This document shows, piece by piece, positions 19,928-28,905 of a stretch of 64,000 nt of DNA. The translations under genes and the position numbers were made by a program. The stretch lies in the sequence record PP496444.1; one strand, written 5' to 3'. Position 1 is the stretch's first letter, and the number at the start of each line of letters is the position of its first letter. The notes under the pieces were generated by a model. That model searched no databases. It saw only the letters and a list, made by a program, of their open reading frames with translations, and had not been told where the DNA came from.

Positions 19928-22900
19928 TTAGGCAAAGTCTTTACGTACCAGCACCAGCGGGACACCTATCTTTCTTTCTGCTATCTCAGTGAATTCCTTT
20001 AAGTCTTCAACGGACAAGGGGGCGTCGGTCATCATCCCATCATGCTCTTGGGCTATCAGTATGTCTTGGTGCTTGGTATTGAACTCTATCATCACGGCTT
20101 GCTCCATGCCGCATAGGATAAAGTGCATGGCCTTCCCTCGCTCACTCCTGTTGATCCATGCCCCTAGGTGTTTGTCCTGATAGAAGTAAGCGCGCTGCCC
20201 TATGGCGTTGACTAGCATCACGGCATGAGCCTTATCTTTCCCTTCCTCCTTGGTCTTATCCAGTTTCTTTCGCATGCTTGAACTACGTCGAGCGATCAGG
20301 TCTATGTTTATAGGCATAGCAGGGTGATCACTTTCTTTCGTATCAGGGTGCCGAAGGAACATACGAGTAAGGCTATCCACACACTGAACCACGGGATCAG
20401 CCAGCTCTTTTGCACATCCCATCAGTAGGTAAGAGAATTCCACCACTTTACACAACATCGCCGTCTTGGCGTTGGGGTGCATGTAGGGGAACTTCTTATT
20501 TGATTCGAACCAGCCTTCATATAGATCGTTAACCAGCTGCTTGAACACCCTAGACATGCGCAGTGATCCCAAACTGGTAGAAAGGTTAGAACCATACAAG
20601 GTGGATATGAATACTTTCTTACACGCGGACTGTAGAGTAGACACTCCATCATACCCTTGCTTGTTTAGTCTGACAGCCGCCAACCATTTACTCTGTCTAA
20701 CTGGTTCTTTGTTGGCTACCCTCCATTCTTCTGTTTCAGGGCAGCGTTCCCATTCGGCTCCAAATCTTTCTGCATGAAAATCTTTATCGAACGTTGTAGG
20801 TTCCCAGACGTCTTCAAATCCCCTATAGTCTTCGCTATTTACGCTCTGATAAAAACCAAAGTTGGAGTGTCTAGGGTCGCAATCATCCTCATCCTCGAAG
20901 ACGGCACGACCGTCCACAATGCGAAAACCATCCCCGTATTCACTTGACAGCCAATCGTACAGACTACCCATTCCAGAGTTAGTGGAGAACTCCCCAGCGG
21001 TGAAGAACATATACTCCATTGATGTCAGGAGTCCGGGGTGTTTAATCTCAACTAGGTTCAGCAGGTTTTCTACCCACCTCTTATTCAAGTAGCTATTGAA
21101 TACCTTATCCGCCTTTGCGATAACTGATTCCTCTACGTAGTGGTTAAGTCGGTCCTTGTACCGAGTAACCAAAGAATGGACGATCAGAGGATGACAGGAG
21201 GCTATGTCATAGTTGTAATACCCAGAGTCCTTCATAATGGCTTGCTTTATGCTACTGGGCAAGGCACTGAATCCGTTGGGCTGATACAGCCTTGGCGATC
21301 TAACTCGAATGACACAATCAGACTGATGGCTTACCCGAAGCTGATCTGATCTGTCTAGACTAGACTGAGTGCACCTAAGATTTTCTGGATTGGTTATCTT
21401 GTTCAACAGGAACATAACACTGGATACTGCCTGTGTTGACGCTTGCCGTTGGTAAGCTAAGAATGCGTCGAACAAACTATTCAGGTCTACTTCAACTTGT
21501 TTCTGGGTCAGCAGGGTTGCATACTGCTTAAGGCTTGGCGGGACACTGAGCCTTCCAGACAAATCGATACCCTCCGCAATTTCAGCATACGCAGGCTTAG
21601 TGTACGGCAGTCGGTTGCATAGGGCCGCACGTCGCATTAATACCTTAGCAGGTACCGGATGATCCACGGAGTGATATGTCTTTATGTGTTTTAGTCTAGT
21701 CCCCCTAGACTGTACTGTCCCGTCAGGGAGTTCTGAGGAGAAAACCATACACACGTCTCCACTTAGGGAGAAGGCGTATATGCCGTTTGGGATAAGTGTA
21801 TTCTCACCCACAAGGTTGGACGGCAATTGGGTGATCGTCATTTTTTGACCTGACATTACTCGTTGAGTATGTTTCCGCCATAGCCGATCAACTCTTGTCC
21901 TAGCTTCACTTACGAAGGAACAGATTGATTCCCCCATGCGAAAAGTCTTTGTCTTTCCTCGAAAGATATCGTGTTCCGTAACCAGCTTCATAATGCCCAT
22001 CTGGTCTAGGCATTTTAAGACGTCAGGCCATGCGTAGGTTTTCTTGTCTGATTGATCCCAATAGAATAAGCCTTCGAACCTGCGTTCCCCTTCTCTAGTG
22101 CCTAGCCCCCAACCCTCCCCCATGGTTGACCAATCCATTGTGTCGAAGTATTCGCCGCTTAGGTATCCTCCGTTATTCTCCAAGTAGCAGGCGACATCGA
22201 TTTTCCCTTCACGAGACTGATCATCCACCTGTTTATCCTCTCTCCATCTATTCCACTCGTAAAAGGCTCTGGCCCCCTCCAAGGTTAGGGGTAAGGTTAA
22301 CTTCACTTTGTCATTTTCTGTTATCGGTATGCCTTTTGATTCCTTCTCCCTGCACATAGCATTAGAATAGTAACCTCCAGTCATCATCTCATACATGGAG
22401 TTAATGGCGTTATCCGTGGGGGAGTCATAGACGGCCTCCCTACCTTTGAAGTATCGATCTAGTAGCACGGGAAACAAGACTACTAGACGGGAGATTATCA
22501 TGGCTAGTCCGTAACAACAGTTCGATCTGGGGGTGTACCCTCTAGCCGCCATGCGAATAACCAGTTCCTCATACGCGTCTAGAATGTAGTATCCCAACTC
22601 GGGGGTGACGACGGTAGGAGATCCGATCACTTTTGTATCTAGCCAGCACTTCCCATTAGCCAGTAGATTCTCCGAAGCATCAAGCGAAGGTTTAATGACG
22701 TGGCTACGGATCAGGGGGACTGACGTCTGAACTAAGGGTAAGTCGTCAGTTACTGCTTTGGCTTCCGGGAAGTGGCGGATGTAGGTAGCCATCGAGTCTA
22801 ACAATGCCTGGCTGGGATACCCACGGCTGGGATATTTCACATCGGGAATCAGACCAGCTAATGCCTTTATAACTTGAGGATTTCGGTAACACGAGAATAC

Positions 22901-22960
22901 ATAATCAGGATTGCGCACCATATCAGCATGGGGCATATCGGATATATAGGAGTAGATCAT
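19928..22960 (-). CDS. Large protein with C-terminal family-A/TV-Pol-like nucleotide polymerase domain
   Basis: SPRLY..NGFSALP (motif 2-like), YNYDIASCHP (motif A), CKKVFISTLYG (motif B), QEHDG (motif C); visibly more AT-rich than flanks. Confidence 0.6.
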   Translation of the reverse strand: MIYSYISDMPHADMVRNPDYVFSCYRNPQVIKALAGLIPDVKYPSRGYPSQALLDSMATYIRHFPEAKAVTDDLPLVQTSVPLIRSHVIKPSLDASENLLANGKCWLDTKVIGSPTVVTPELGYYILDAYEELVIRMAARGYTPRSNCCYGLAMIISRLVVLFPVLLDRYFKGREAVYDSPTDNAINSMYEMMTGGYYSNAMCREKESKGIPITENDKVKLTLPLTLEGARAFYEWNRWREDKQVDDQSREGKIDVACYLENNGGYLSGEYFDTMDWSTMGEGWGLGTREGERRFEGLFYWDQSDKKTYAWPDVLKCLDQMGIMKLVTEHDIFRGKTKTFRMGESICSFVSEARTRVDRLWRKHTQRVMSGQKMTITQLPSNLVGENTLIPNGIYAFSLSGDVCMVFSSELPDGTVQSRGTRLKHIKTYHSVDHPVPAKVLMRRAALCNRLPYTKPAYAEIAEGIDLSGRLSVPPSLKQYATLLTQKQVEVDLNSLFDAFLAYQRQASTQAVSSVMFLLNKITNPENLRCTQSSLDRSDQLRVSHQSDCVIRVRSPRLYQPNGFSALPSSIKQAIMKDSGYYNYDIASCHPLIVHSLVTRYKDRLNHYVEESVIAKADKVFNSYLNKRWVENLLNLVEIKHPGLLTSMEYMFFTAGEFSTNSGMGSLYDWLSSEYGDGFRIVDGRAVFEDEDDCDPRHSNFGFYQSVNSEDYRGFEDVWEPTTFDKDFHAERFGAEWERCPETEEWRVANKEPVRQSKWLAAVRLNKQGYDGVSTLQSACKKVFISTLYGSNLSTSLGSLRMSRVFKQLVNDLYEGWFESNKKFPYMHPNAKTAMLCKVVEFSYLLMGCAKELADPVVQCVDSLTRMFLRHPDTKESDHPAMPINIDLIARRSSSMRKKLDKTKEEGKDKAHAVMLVNAIGQRAYFYQDKHLGAWINRSERGKAMHFILCGMEQAVMIEFNTKHQDILIAQEHDGMMTDAPLSVEDLKEFTEIAERKIGVPLVLVRKDFA

Positions 22961-23051
22961 GGTATAAATCCTATGGAATTCAACCCTATTTACAGAACTA
23001 CCTTTTGCAGAAAAGTCGGGAAAGTCCTAAAGGTCCCTATCTGTGTTAACT

Positions 23052-23099
23052 TAACGGATATAGAGGTGTATACCTACAATCCCTACCCTATATCCGTTA
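23052..23099. repeat. Perfect 12-bp inverted repeat (hairpin/cruciform)
   Basis: TAACGGATATAG (23052-23063) and CTATATCCGTTA (23088-23099), 24-nt spacer. Confidence 0.85.
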
Positions 23100-23203
23100 T
23101 TCAGTCCCTACTGGGATACCTCGAGCTGCGGTAACTCGATCCCACGGTGCGCCCCACCCGGTCCGATCGAGGCCATACCGCAGGTATCCTAGCTTACCTT
23201 TTA

Positions 23204-23359
23204 CTCCCCAGCTTCCTTTCCTTCCTTCATATGCTCCCCAGCTTCTACATAGGCAGTTAGTTCCTCCCATGCCTCTAGTCCTCCAGCTTCCTCATGCACT
23301 TATGCTCTGTAGTACTGATTCCCCACATGCCTGTGAGTTATGCTCTGTAGTCAGGATTC
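23204..23359. repeat. Iteron-like direct repeats in a non-coding region
   Basis: CTCCCCAGCTTC at 23204 and 23234, degenerate copy at 23264 (30-bp period); TTATGCTCTGTAGT at 23300 and 23338. Confidence 0.7.
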
Positions 23360-23574
23360 CAGCCTCCCAGGTGAAAAGGGTAGTCATGTACTGGGCATTC
23401 GTCCGGGGAATAGCGCCCGTGAATAGGGCTTCCAGGCGTGCGATATGGGGAGTTTTCCGGGTATGGATGAGTCAGTATGGCGGGGGATGGGGATCGAAGC
23501 GCCTGCGAGCTTGTAGGAGCCCGTGGTTATTGGCTGGATATGCGGGACTGGGGCGGGGGTTTCCTGCGGAGGTG

Positions 23575-23608
23575 AAAAAGCCCGCACGGCTTGGGACCGA
23601 TACGGGCT
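23575..23608 (-). terminator. Intrinsic terminator
   Basis: AGCCCG...CGGGCTTTTT on the minus strand after the 23615 gene. Confidence 0.7.
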
Positions 23609-23614
23609 CTGGTG

Positions 23615-24112
23615 TTACTTGCGCATCTCTATTGTTGGCTTCTTGGCATCGGGGTTCGGACGGGGTTTCGGTGCGTCCGTCTGCGTACTGCCCATCCGAT
23701 GGCTCAGGATGACCTCGTACAGCTCGCCGCCCGGCTTCAACGTGTCGGGGTTCTCAGTATGCAGCACCGCGATCAGATCCATGATGTCCGTGTTGTGTCC
23801 CAGCTCCGCCGACGGTATCATCTGGAATTCCTGATTCACGCCGGGGATCGGATCTTGCGGTCGGTACAGCGCCACCACCCTGCCTTTGCCCGGCTCGGCG
23901 CCCAGCTTGCTGTCGTCTCGCCCCACCCACATCTCACGTGCGCCCGGCACACTGGCTGGCACGTGTTCAATAGAACCTTTCGGGTAGTGCGCGGAGAAGG
24001 TGGCGGTGAACCACCGCAGACTGCCTTTGTAGCAGCGGAACGGTTTGACCTCTCTGGCGTGGCGGGTCAGCGGGTTATTCAACGGTGTAGAGTGTTCGAC
24101 GATCAGTGACAT
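23615..24112 (-). CDS. Hypothetical protein
   Basis: GAGGA RBS; last gene of an early operon. Confidence 0.7.
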   Translation of the reverse strand: MSLIVEHSTPLNNPLTRHAREVKPFRCYKGSLRWFTATFSAHYPKGSIEHVPASVPGAREMWVGRDDSKLGAEPGKGRVVALYRPQDPIPGVNQEFQMIPSAELGHNTDIMDLIAVLHTENPDTLKPGGELYEVILSHRMGSTQTDAPKPRPNPDAKKPTIEMRK

Positions 24113-24124
24113 GATGTGTTCCTC

Positions 24125-24661
24125 TTAGTATTTCTTGCTGGCTTGCCGCACGAACGTGAGTGGCTCGAAAGGTGGTCTCTCAAACCACGATACCGGATTT
24201 CCGCGCTGCAATCCCTGCGACCACCCGGCATAGAAGTCTTCCTTAACCGAGGACTGACGGCGGTTGGTGATCTCAATGCGTCCGGTTGTCATCAGCGTCT
24301 TGATGTCCACGAAACCCGCACGCTCAACCTCGATGTCAACTTTGCTCCAGTGCTCTTTCGTCTTGGCGAAGTCGGACACGGCTTTCGGCTTGAACAGTTT
24401 CTTGTCGGTGAAGTACACGGCGGGATTGTTGATCTTACCCAGCTTCCTGTCGGCTTTGCTGGTATGATACACGGCCTCTCTAACTACGCTGCCGATATCT
24501 GCGGCGCCGATACGTGCACCCAGACACTGCCATACGGTTGGGGAGAAGCACACGCGCAGCGTCTTGGCGCATTCCTCGTGATTCCTCCCGGATGGCACCT
24601 TGGCTTTCAGGGTGACGTGCTTGCCAATGTCTTTTTCAGACACGTGATAAAAGCGTGGCAT
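24125..24661 (-). CDS. Putative ADP-ribosyltransferase-fold protein
   Basis: FYHVS, RVCFSPT, D..KTKEHW: spacing resembling an H-S-E ART core. Confidence 0.4.
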   Translation of the reverse strand: MPRFYHVSEKDIGKHVTLKAKVPSGRNHEECAKTLRVCFSPTVWQCLGARIGAADIGSVVREAVYHTSKADRKLGKINNPAVYFTDKKLFKPKAVSDFAKTKEHWSKVDIEVERAGFVDIKTLMTTGRIEITNRRQSSVKEDFYAGWSQGLQRGNPVSWFERPPFEPLTFVRQASKKY

Positions 24662-24708
24662 GGTATTCCTCTTGGGATAGTGGTGCGCCGTCCGTGGCGC
24701 GTTGTCGC

Positions 24709-24870
24709 TTAGTTGATGGCCGGGAATTCGATCAGCAAATCCTTCACCTCTTGCACCGACAGCGGCAAGCCGGTGATGGGGTGGATGCGCTCGTCCCGGA
24801 TAATATCACGCAGCCGCTGGCGCTGCTCACGGGGCGTCTGTGGTTTGCTGGTGGGTTTGCATGATGGCAT
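24709..24870 (-). CDS. Small protein, 53 aa (MPSCKPTSKPQTPREQRQRLRDII...)
   Basis: Manual translation; first ORF after a sigma70 promoter; below the ORF-track cutoff. Confidence 0.55.
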   Translation of the reverse strand: MPSCKPTSKPQTPREQRQRLRDIIRDERIHPITGLPLSVQEVKDLLIEFPAIN

Positions 24871-24916
24871 GGTATGGCTTCCTATTGGACAGTGGGCGGC
24901 ATTGTGCCGCGTGGGT

Positions 24917-24946
24917 ATGATAGCAGATGGGAATCATTCGTGTCAA
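24917..24946 (-). promoter_or_regulatory. Sigma70-type early promoter
   Basis: TTGACA-18 nt-TATCAT on the minus strand. Confidence 0.7.
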
Positions 24947-24965
24947 CACCCGACCGGCACAGGTG

Positions 24966-24999
24966 AAAAAGCCCACGCAGCGGTTAGGCAGGTGGGCTT
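24966..24999 (-). terminator. Intrinsic terminator
   Basis: AAGCCCAC...GTGGGCTTTTT on the minus strand. Confidence 0.8.
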
Positions 25000-25003
25000 G
25001 AGA

Positions 25004-25276
25004 TCAAACGAGTTGCAGTGTCGGCGGTGGCTTCACACCTAAGTCAATGACGATGTGCAGTTCAAGATCTAGTGCCAGTCGAATCGAATCCGAGTATGGC
25101 TCTCTGGTCCACGCCCAGACATCGGGTAACGACGTGCGGTAGATATGAGCCACGGTTATCTTCCACCGCTCCGGTGCATTCTTATCTCCTACATGCTTTC
25201 GGAACTGCGGGGTGAGGAAGGCGATCAACGACTCGTACGTACCTTCCCACACCATAACCTGATTATTCCGGGACAT
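25004..25276 (-). CDS. Small hypothetical protein (paralog of 26233-26565)
   Basis: Shares W.G..ESL.AFLT and V..WTR motifs with the 26233 ORF. Confidence 0.7.
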   Translation of the reverse strand: MSRNNQVMVWEGTYESLIAFLTPQFRKHVGDKNAPERWKITVAHIYRTSLPDVWAWTREPYSDSIRLALDLELHIVIDLGVKPPPTLQLV

Positions 25277-25667
25277 GAGGACCCACCTTGTTGGTCAGTA
25301 CCCAGCCGATACTCAGGACCAGACGTGGCCCGTGGCAAAGAACTCGGTGACGGTTGATGTCGGGACGGAACAGATTGAAGCGCCCCTTGATCTTGGCTTC
25401 GGGACATTGGAACGCGGACGTTGATCCCTTGAGCACGATATTCAACCGCCAGTGCCTCTTGCCTTCCACCGGATCAACGTGCCACGCGATGCCTTGCTTG
25501 TCCATGTACCGGATCAGGTATAAGTCACCCGAGCGCCATTGGAACAGCAGCATCTTGTGGTACTGCCCTGCACGACCTTGAACCCACTTGGGCCAGTTCA
25601 TCAACGCTCTACCTGTACTGACTCGATGGCAATGATCTCGGCGCCGATGAGTAGGCTCTTCAGCCAT
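25263..25667 (-). CDS. Hypothetical protein (true start probably at MNWPKW)
   Basis: Co-oriented early-cluster ORF. Confidence 0.55.
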   Translation of the reverse strand: MAEEPTHRRRDHCHRVSTGRALMNWPKWVQGRAGQYHKMLLFQWRSGDLYLIRYMDKQGIAWHVDPVEGKRHWRLNIVLKGSTSAFQCPEAKIKGRFNLFRPDINRHRVLCHGPRLVLSIGWVLTNKVGPHVPE

Positions 25668-26227
25668 TCTTCCCCACGCTCGTCTCCGTCCTCGACCTTA
25701 GTGTCTCCCATCATAATGAATGGGCACTCGTTGTGCACCTCGAGCCGGTCGTAGACCATACCAACCGCAGAGTCGATGATATCCCAACCGGTGCAGTTGC
25801 CACCGATCTTAACTTCCATGACAGCACGGAGCAACCCGAATGCGAAGGTCAGCCGTACGGTCTGGAAGCAATTGCCCATCGTGTAGTACTTGCCCATCTG
25901 TTCGTGGTCATAGTTCAACAACCCAGAGGGTACTGGTTTAACCGTCGGCTCTTTGTAGGGTTTGATTTCCTTCTGAAGCAGGATACCTACCTCGGAGTCT
26001 TTCGAGTTCTTGTCTTTGATGGTGGCTCGGTACACTGTGTCTGTGTCCGTATTGTAAACACCCACCTTATCCCTCATCACTGTAATAGACGGCACAGTGG
26101 ACCAGATGTACTCTTTGCAATGAGCTTGATCTGGGAAAGCGATACCGACGGACTTACCTTCTACAATGACCAGCCATGGGCACGGACCGGGATGGGGAAA
26201 GCGAAGGGTCTTTTCATTAGTGGTCAT
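25601..26227 (-). CDS. Hypothetical protein
   Basis: GAGG RBS, co-oriented early cluster. Confidence 0.65.
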   Translation of the reverse strand: MTTNEKTLRFPHPGPCPWLVIVEGKSVGIAFPDQAHCKEYIWSTVPSITVMRDKVGVYNTDTDTVYRATIKDKNSKDSEVGILLQKEIKPYKEPTVKPVPSGLLNYDHEQMGKYYTMGNCFQTVRLTFAFGLLRAVMEVKIGGNCTGWDIIDSAVGMVYDRLEVHNECPFIMMGDTKVEDGDERGEEWLKSLLIGAEIIAIESVQVER

Positions 26228-26232
26228 GGTTC

Positions 26233-26565
26233 TTACCTCGATGGGACAGGATGGTTGATGGGGTTCACCAGTTTAAGACCGGGTGAACTGGCATTCAGAC
26301 GTGGTATCGGGTTGATGGTCATCTTGGTCAGTGGCTTCAACCCCAGCACGCGGACTACATCTTCCGGCAGCTCGGCACGGGTCCAGATAACCACGTTGTC
26401 CGACACCGTTGACCACACGTGAATCGGCAGATCGTTGATGGCACGCGCTTCCACCTTGTTCACGGTCTTCAACCGGTCCAGTGCTTCCTTGGTCAGAAAG
26501 GCGGTGAGTGATTCGACGTTGCCCAGCCAGGTCATGGTGGGAATGTTGCGGTTCGCAGTATTCAT
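26233..26565 (-). CDS. Small hypothetical protein (paralog of 25004-25276)
   Basis: See paralog. Confidence 0.7.
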   Translation of the reverse strand: MNTANRNIPTMTWLGNVESLTAFLTKEALDRLKTVNKVEARAINDLPIHVWSTVSDNVVIWTRAELPEDVVRVLGLKPLTKMTINPIPRLNASSPGLKLVNPINHPVPSR

Positions 26566-26864
26566 TGGTCAATCCCTTGATCGAGCGGCATGGAGAGGTG
26601 AGCTATGGCCGAGTTCAGCCAGATGATGCGGTTGTTGTAGCGCTGCTTGAGACGGCCGCTCGGTGGGTTATTACCTTGCAGCACCCCGCACATACGATTC
26701 AGCTCACAGCGGAGGGAAGCAATAGCCTGATCAACATGGATGTGCTCAGGATTAGAGTTCTCTTTGCTCATGTATCTTTCCTTTATTGCGGTTGGGTCAA
26801 TGCAGATTCGAGTTTCTTGTAGCAGGCTGCGACGATGCCTTTGGACATGCGGTCGGGCAACCAT
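26562..26864 (-). CDS. Small hypothetical protein (start uncertain)
   Basis: Co-oriented; likely start at MSKENS. Confidence 0.5.
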   Translation of the reverse strand: MVARPHVQRHRRSLLQETRICIDPTAIKERYMSKENSNPEHIHVDQAIASLRCELNRMCGVLQGNNPPSGRLKQRYNNRIIWLNSAIAHLSMPLDQGIDQ

Positions 26865-27151
26865 GAGTTCTGGAGCATCATATGACTGTAGTGGAACAGA
26901 TCACCTTGGAGCAACAAGTCGGACAGCTCCATACGATTGGCCAGATGGGTGGAGTATTGCTCATCATTAAGATCCACCATCTTCGGACCCCATGTGGCAA
27001 TCACGGCATTGAGATTGTCAGGAACGACGGCCAATGTCAGCACCGTCTCACCCTTCACGACACGCAACCCGGCCAGCGTCTTGCTCACATATCGTTCTAG
27101 AGTGACGCTCATGTGTCTTCCTTCCCTAGCTGGACATTCACACCTTGCCAC
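26783..27151 (-). CDS. Hypothetical protein (likely start MSVTLER)
   Basis: Co-oriented early cluster. Confidence 0.6.
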   Translation of the reverse strand: MARCECPAREGRHMSVTLERYVSKTLAGLRVVKGETVLTLAVVPDNLNAVIATWGPKMVDLNDEQYSTHLANRMELSDLLLQGDLFHYSHMMLQNSWLPDRMSKGIVAACYKKLESALTQPQ

Positions 27152-27462
27152 GTGGTCAGATCAACTGACTCACGGGATTTGTACTTCTTCACGAAGTCCG
27201 CCATCAGTTCATCCGCGTCCGCTGCGATCTGGCCACGAATCTCTTCGGGTAGCTGCTTGAAGATTTCCATGATCATCGGCGCGAACAACTCGGCACCCAG
27301 ATTGCTATTGGATACCTCGTAGTGCTTGGCAATCGCCATCATCATGCACGAATCTTCAAGCGGCCATGAAAAGGACACCACCCGAGATGGAGTTGGCAGT
27401 ACCCTTGTCTTGTGCGTGTTCAACTTGCGGAGTGCGCCCGCAATCATTTCACCTAACCCCAT
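27109..27462 (-). CDS. Hypothetical protein
   Basis: AGGAG RBS; overlap coupling. Confidence 0.6.
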   Translation of the reverse strand: MGLGEMIAGALRKLNTHKTRVLPTPSRVVSFSWPLEDSCMMMAIAKHYEVSNSNLGAELFAPMIMEIFKQLPEEIRGQIAADADELMADFVKKYKSRESVDLTTWQGVNVQLGKEDT

Positions 27463-27471
27463 GATGGCTCC

Positions 27472-28110
27472 TTAGATGTCAGCGATGATCTTCAGGATGA
27501 ACGACCGTGCTGCTTCGTTCAAGGTCTCAATACCTGCCAACGCTTTCTTCTTGGCTGGCTTGTACAACCCCAGACGGGATTCGTCAATACCCTCGATGGA
27601 CCCGTCATAGTTGAAGTCGATGAACTCTGCCGACAACAACCAATAGGCACACGCACGAGACGCAGCGAAGTGGAACGCCCAGAGCTCGGCAGGATATTCA
27701 CGCATGACGCCGCGACCTTCATCGTCATGGAGGCAGTACAGAGTATTGTAATCTTTGGGACCGCCAATGGTGAACTGGAAGGTGCGTTCCCCGATGTCCA
27801 TCTTTTCGAACTCAGCAAAGTCTGCTTCGTTGAACAGCCAACTAACTGCCTCGATGGATTGAACGACACCGCCGATGGTCCAGGTAGAAGTGATGACCGG
27901 AGATTCTCCCATGGTGCTGATGCCACCTTTGGAAACGGTCAGGACAGATACGTCGGGGTGCTGCATGGTCAGGAACAGGTTGTCGGTTTGAACGTGGAAC
28001 GGAACAAGTCCGATCTGCATGGACCGCTGGTATTCGTGGCGGCAGTCCAACCTGATGTGCAATTTCGGCTTGGGCGGGGTGACTCGGGACCGGGTGATCT
28101 TGGCTGGCAT
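27472..28110 (-). CDS. Hypothetical protein
   Basis: GAGGA RBS; first gene after the 28163-28191 promoter. Confidence 0.7.
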   Translation of the reverse strand: MPAKITRSRVTPPKPKLHIRLDCRHEYQRSMQIGLVPFHVQTDNLFLTMQHPDVSVLTVSKGGISTMGESPVITSTWTIGGVVQSIEAVSWLFNEADFAEFEKMDIGERTFQFTIGGPKDYNTLYCLHDDEGRGVMREYPAELWAFHFAASRACAYWLLSAEFIDFNYDGSIEGIDESRLGLYKPAKKKALAGIETLNEAARSFILKIIADI

Positions 28111-28162
28111 GTTATCTTCCTCGTTGGGTCAGTGGGCGGCTGCTTAGTGGCGCCGTGCTACC

Positions 28163-28191
28163 AGTATGGACTCATTTACCCAGTCTGTCAA
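28163..28191 (-). promoter_or_regulatory. Sigma70-type promoter with a GTAAAT motif inside its spacer
   Basis: TTGACA-17 nt-CATACT; GTAAAT at 28179-28174. Confidence 0.75.
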
Positions 28192-28199
28192 GCGCAACG

Positions 28200-28233
28200 A
28201 AAAAGCCCACCGCCGGTTAAGGTCAGTGGGCTT
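28200..28233 (-). terminator. Intrinsic terminator after rnhA
   Basis: AAGCCCAC...GTGGGCTTTT on the minus strand. Confidence 0.75.
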
Positions 28234-28236
28234 GGG

Positions 28237-28896
28237 TTAGAACAAACTCTTTTTCGGTATTCTTTGTGCGCTGGCTTGCAACTCGTCCAGAGTGATTTGG
28301 AACCACTCATACTCTCCGGACGCCAGTGCACCGGTGCGACCTTCCTTGACGTACGCCAGTATGGCCTTGCGCTGCTCCCCGGCCAGTACATCTGCCCGCT
28401 CATTCCCCACGTTGCCTTTGTGACCTCGTACCCACGACACCTTGGCATCGGTTTTCTCTTTCAACGCTTTGGCGCACAGCCATAGATCGAAGTTGGCGAC
28501 CGCCTCCCCATTGGCCTTGCGCCCACCCCGACGCATCCATCCATCCAGATGATGAGTGAACCCCTTCTGGACGTACTCGCTGTCGGTGATTACCTGAACG
28601 GGTCGTGGTACTTGACCGAAGATCTGACGGTGCAGCATGTTATAGCGGAAGGCGTCAGCCATGGCTGCGATAACACCTGACAGTTCCATACGCGAGATGG
28701 TGGTGTCGGTGTACCCAGCGGCACGGTGACTGACCTCCAGTACGTTGGTCAGGTCCTCGAACTGGGTACGTAACGGCAAGAACACCGGAGCATTAAGATC
28801 CACCATGCGGACAGCAGCCCAACCGCCGATACGATCTTTCGATCCACAAGATCCATCAGTGTAGTACGTCAACGGGATGTTCTTCTTGCCACGCAT
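28237..28896 (-). CDS. rnhA: Ribonuclease HI
   Basis: YTDGSC, RMEL, ITDSEY, ANFDLW, WVRGHKGNVGNERADVLA. Confidence 0.95.
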   Translation of the reverse strand: MRGKKNIPLTYYTDGSCGSKDRIGGWAAVRMVDLNAPVFLPLRTQFEDLTNVLEVSHRAAGYTDTTISRMELSGVIAAMADAFRYNMLHRQIFGQVPRPVQVITDSEYVQKGFTHHLDGWMRRGGRKANGEAVANFDLWLCAKALKEKTDAKVSWVRGHKGNVGNERADVLAGEQRKAILAYVKEGRTGALASGEYEWFQITLDELQASAQRIPKKSLF

Positions 28897-28905
28897 GGTA
28901 GGACC

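Noticed and set aside
23204-23359. CRISPR array
   Set aside because: Repeats are 12-14 bp, degenerate, only 2-3 copies, without unique 30-40-nt spacers or cas genes
23269-23834. ORFs of 147, 67 and 103 aa in the origin-like region
   Set aside because: Low-complexity, no RBS, overlapping repeats and a terminator; likely non-coding
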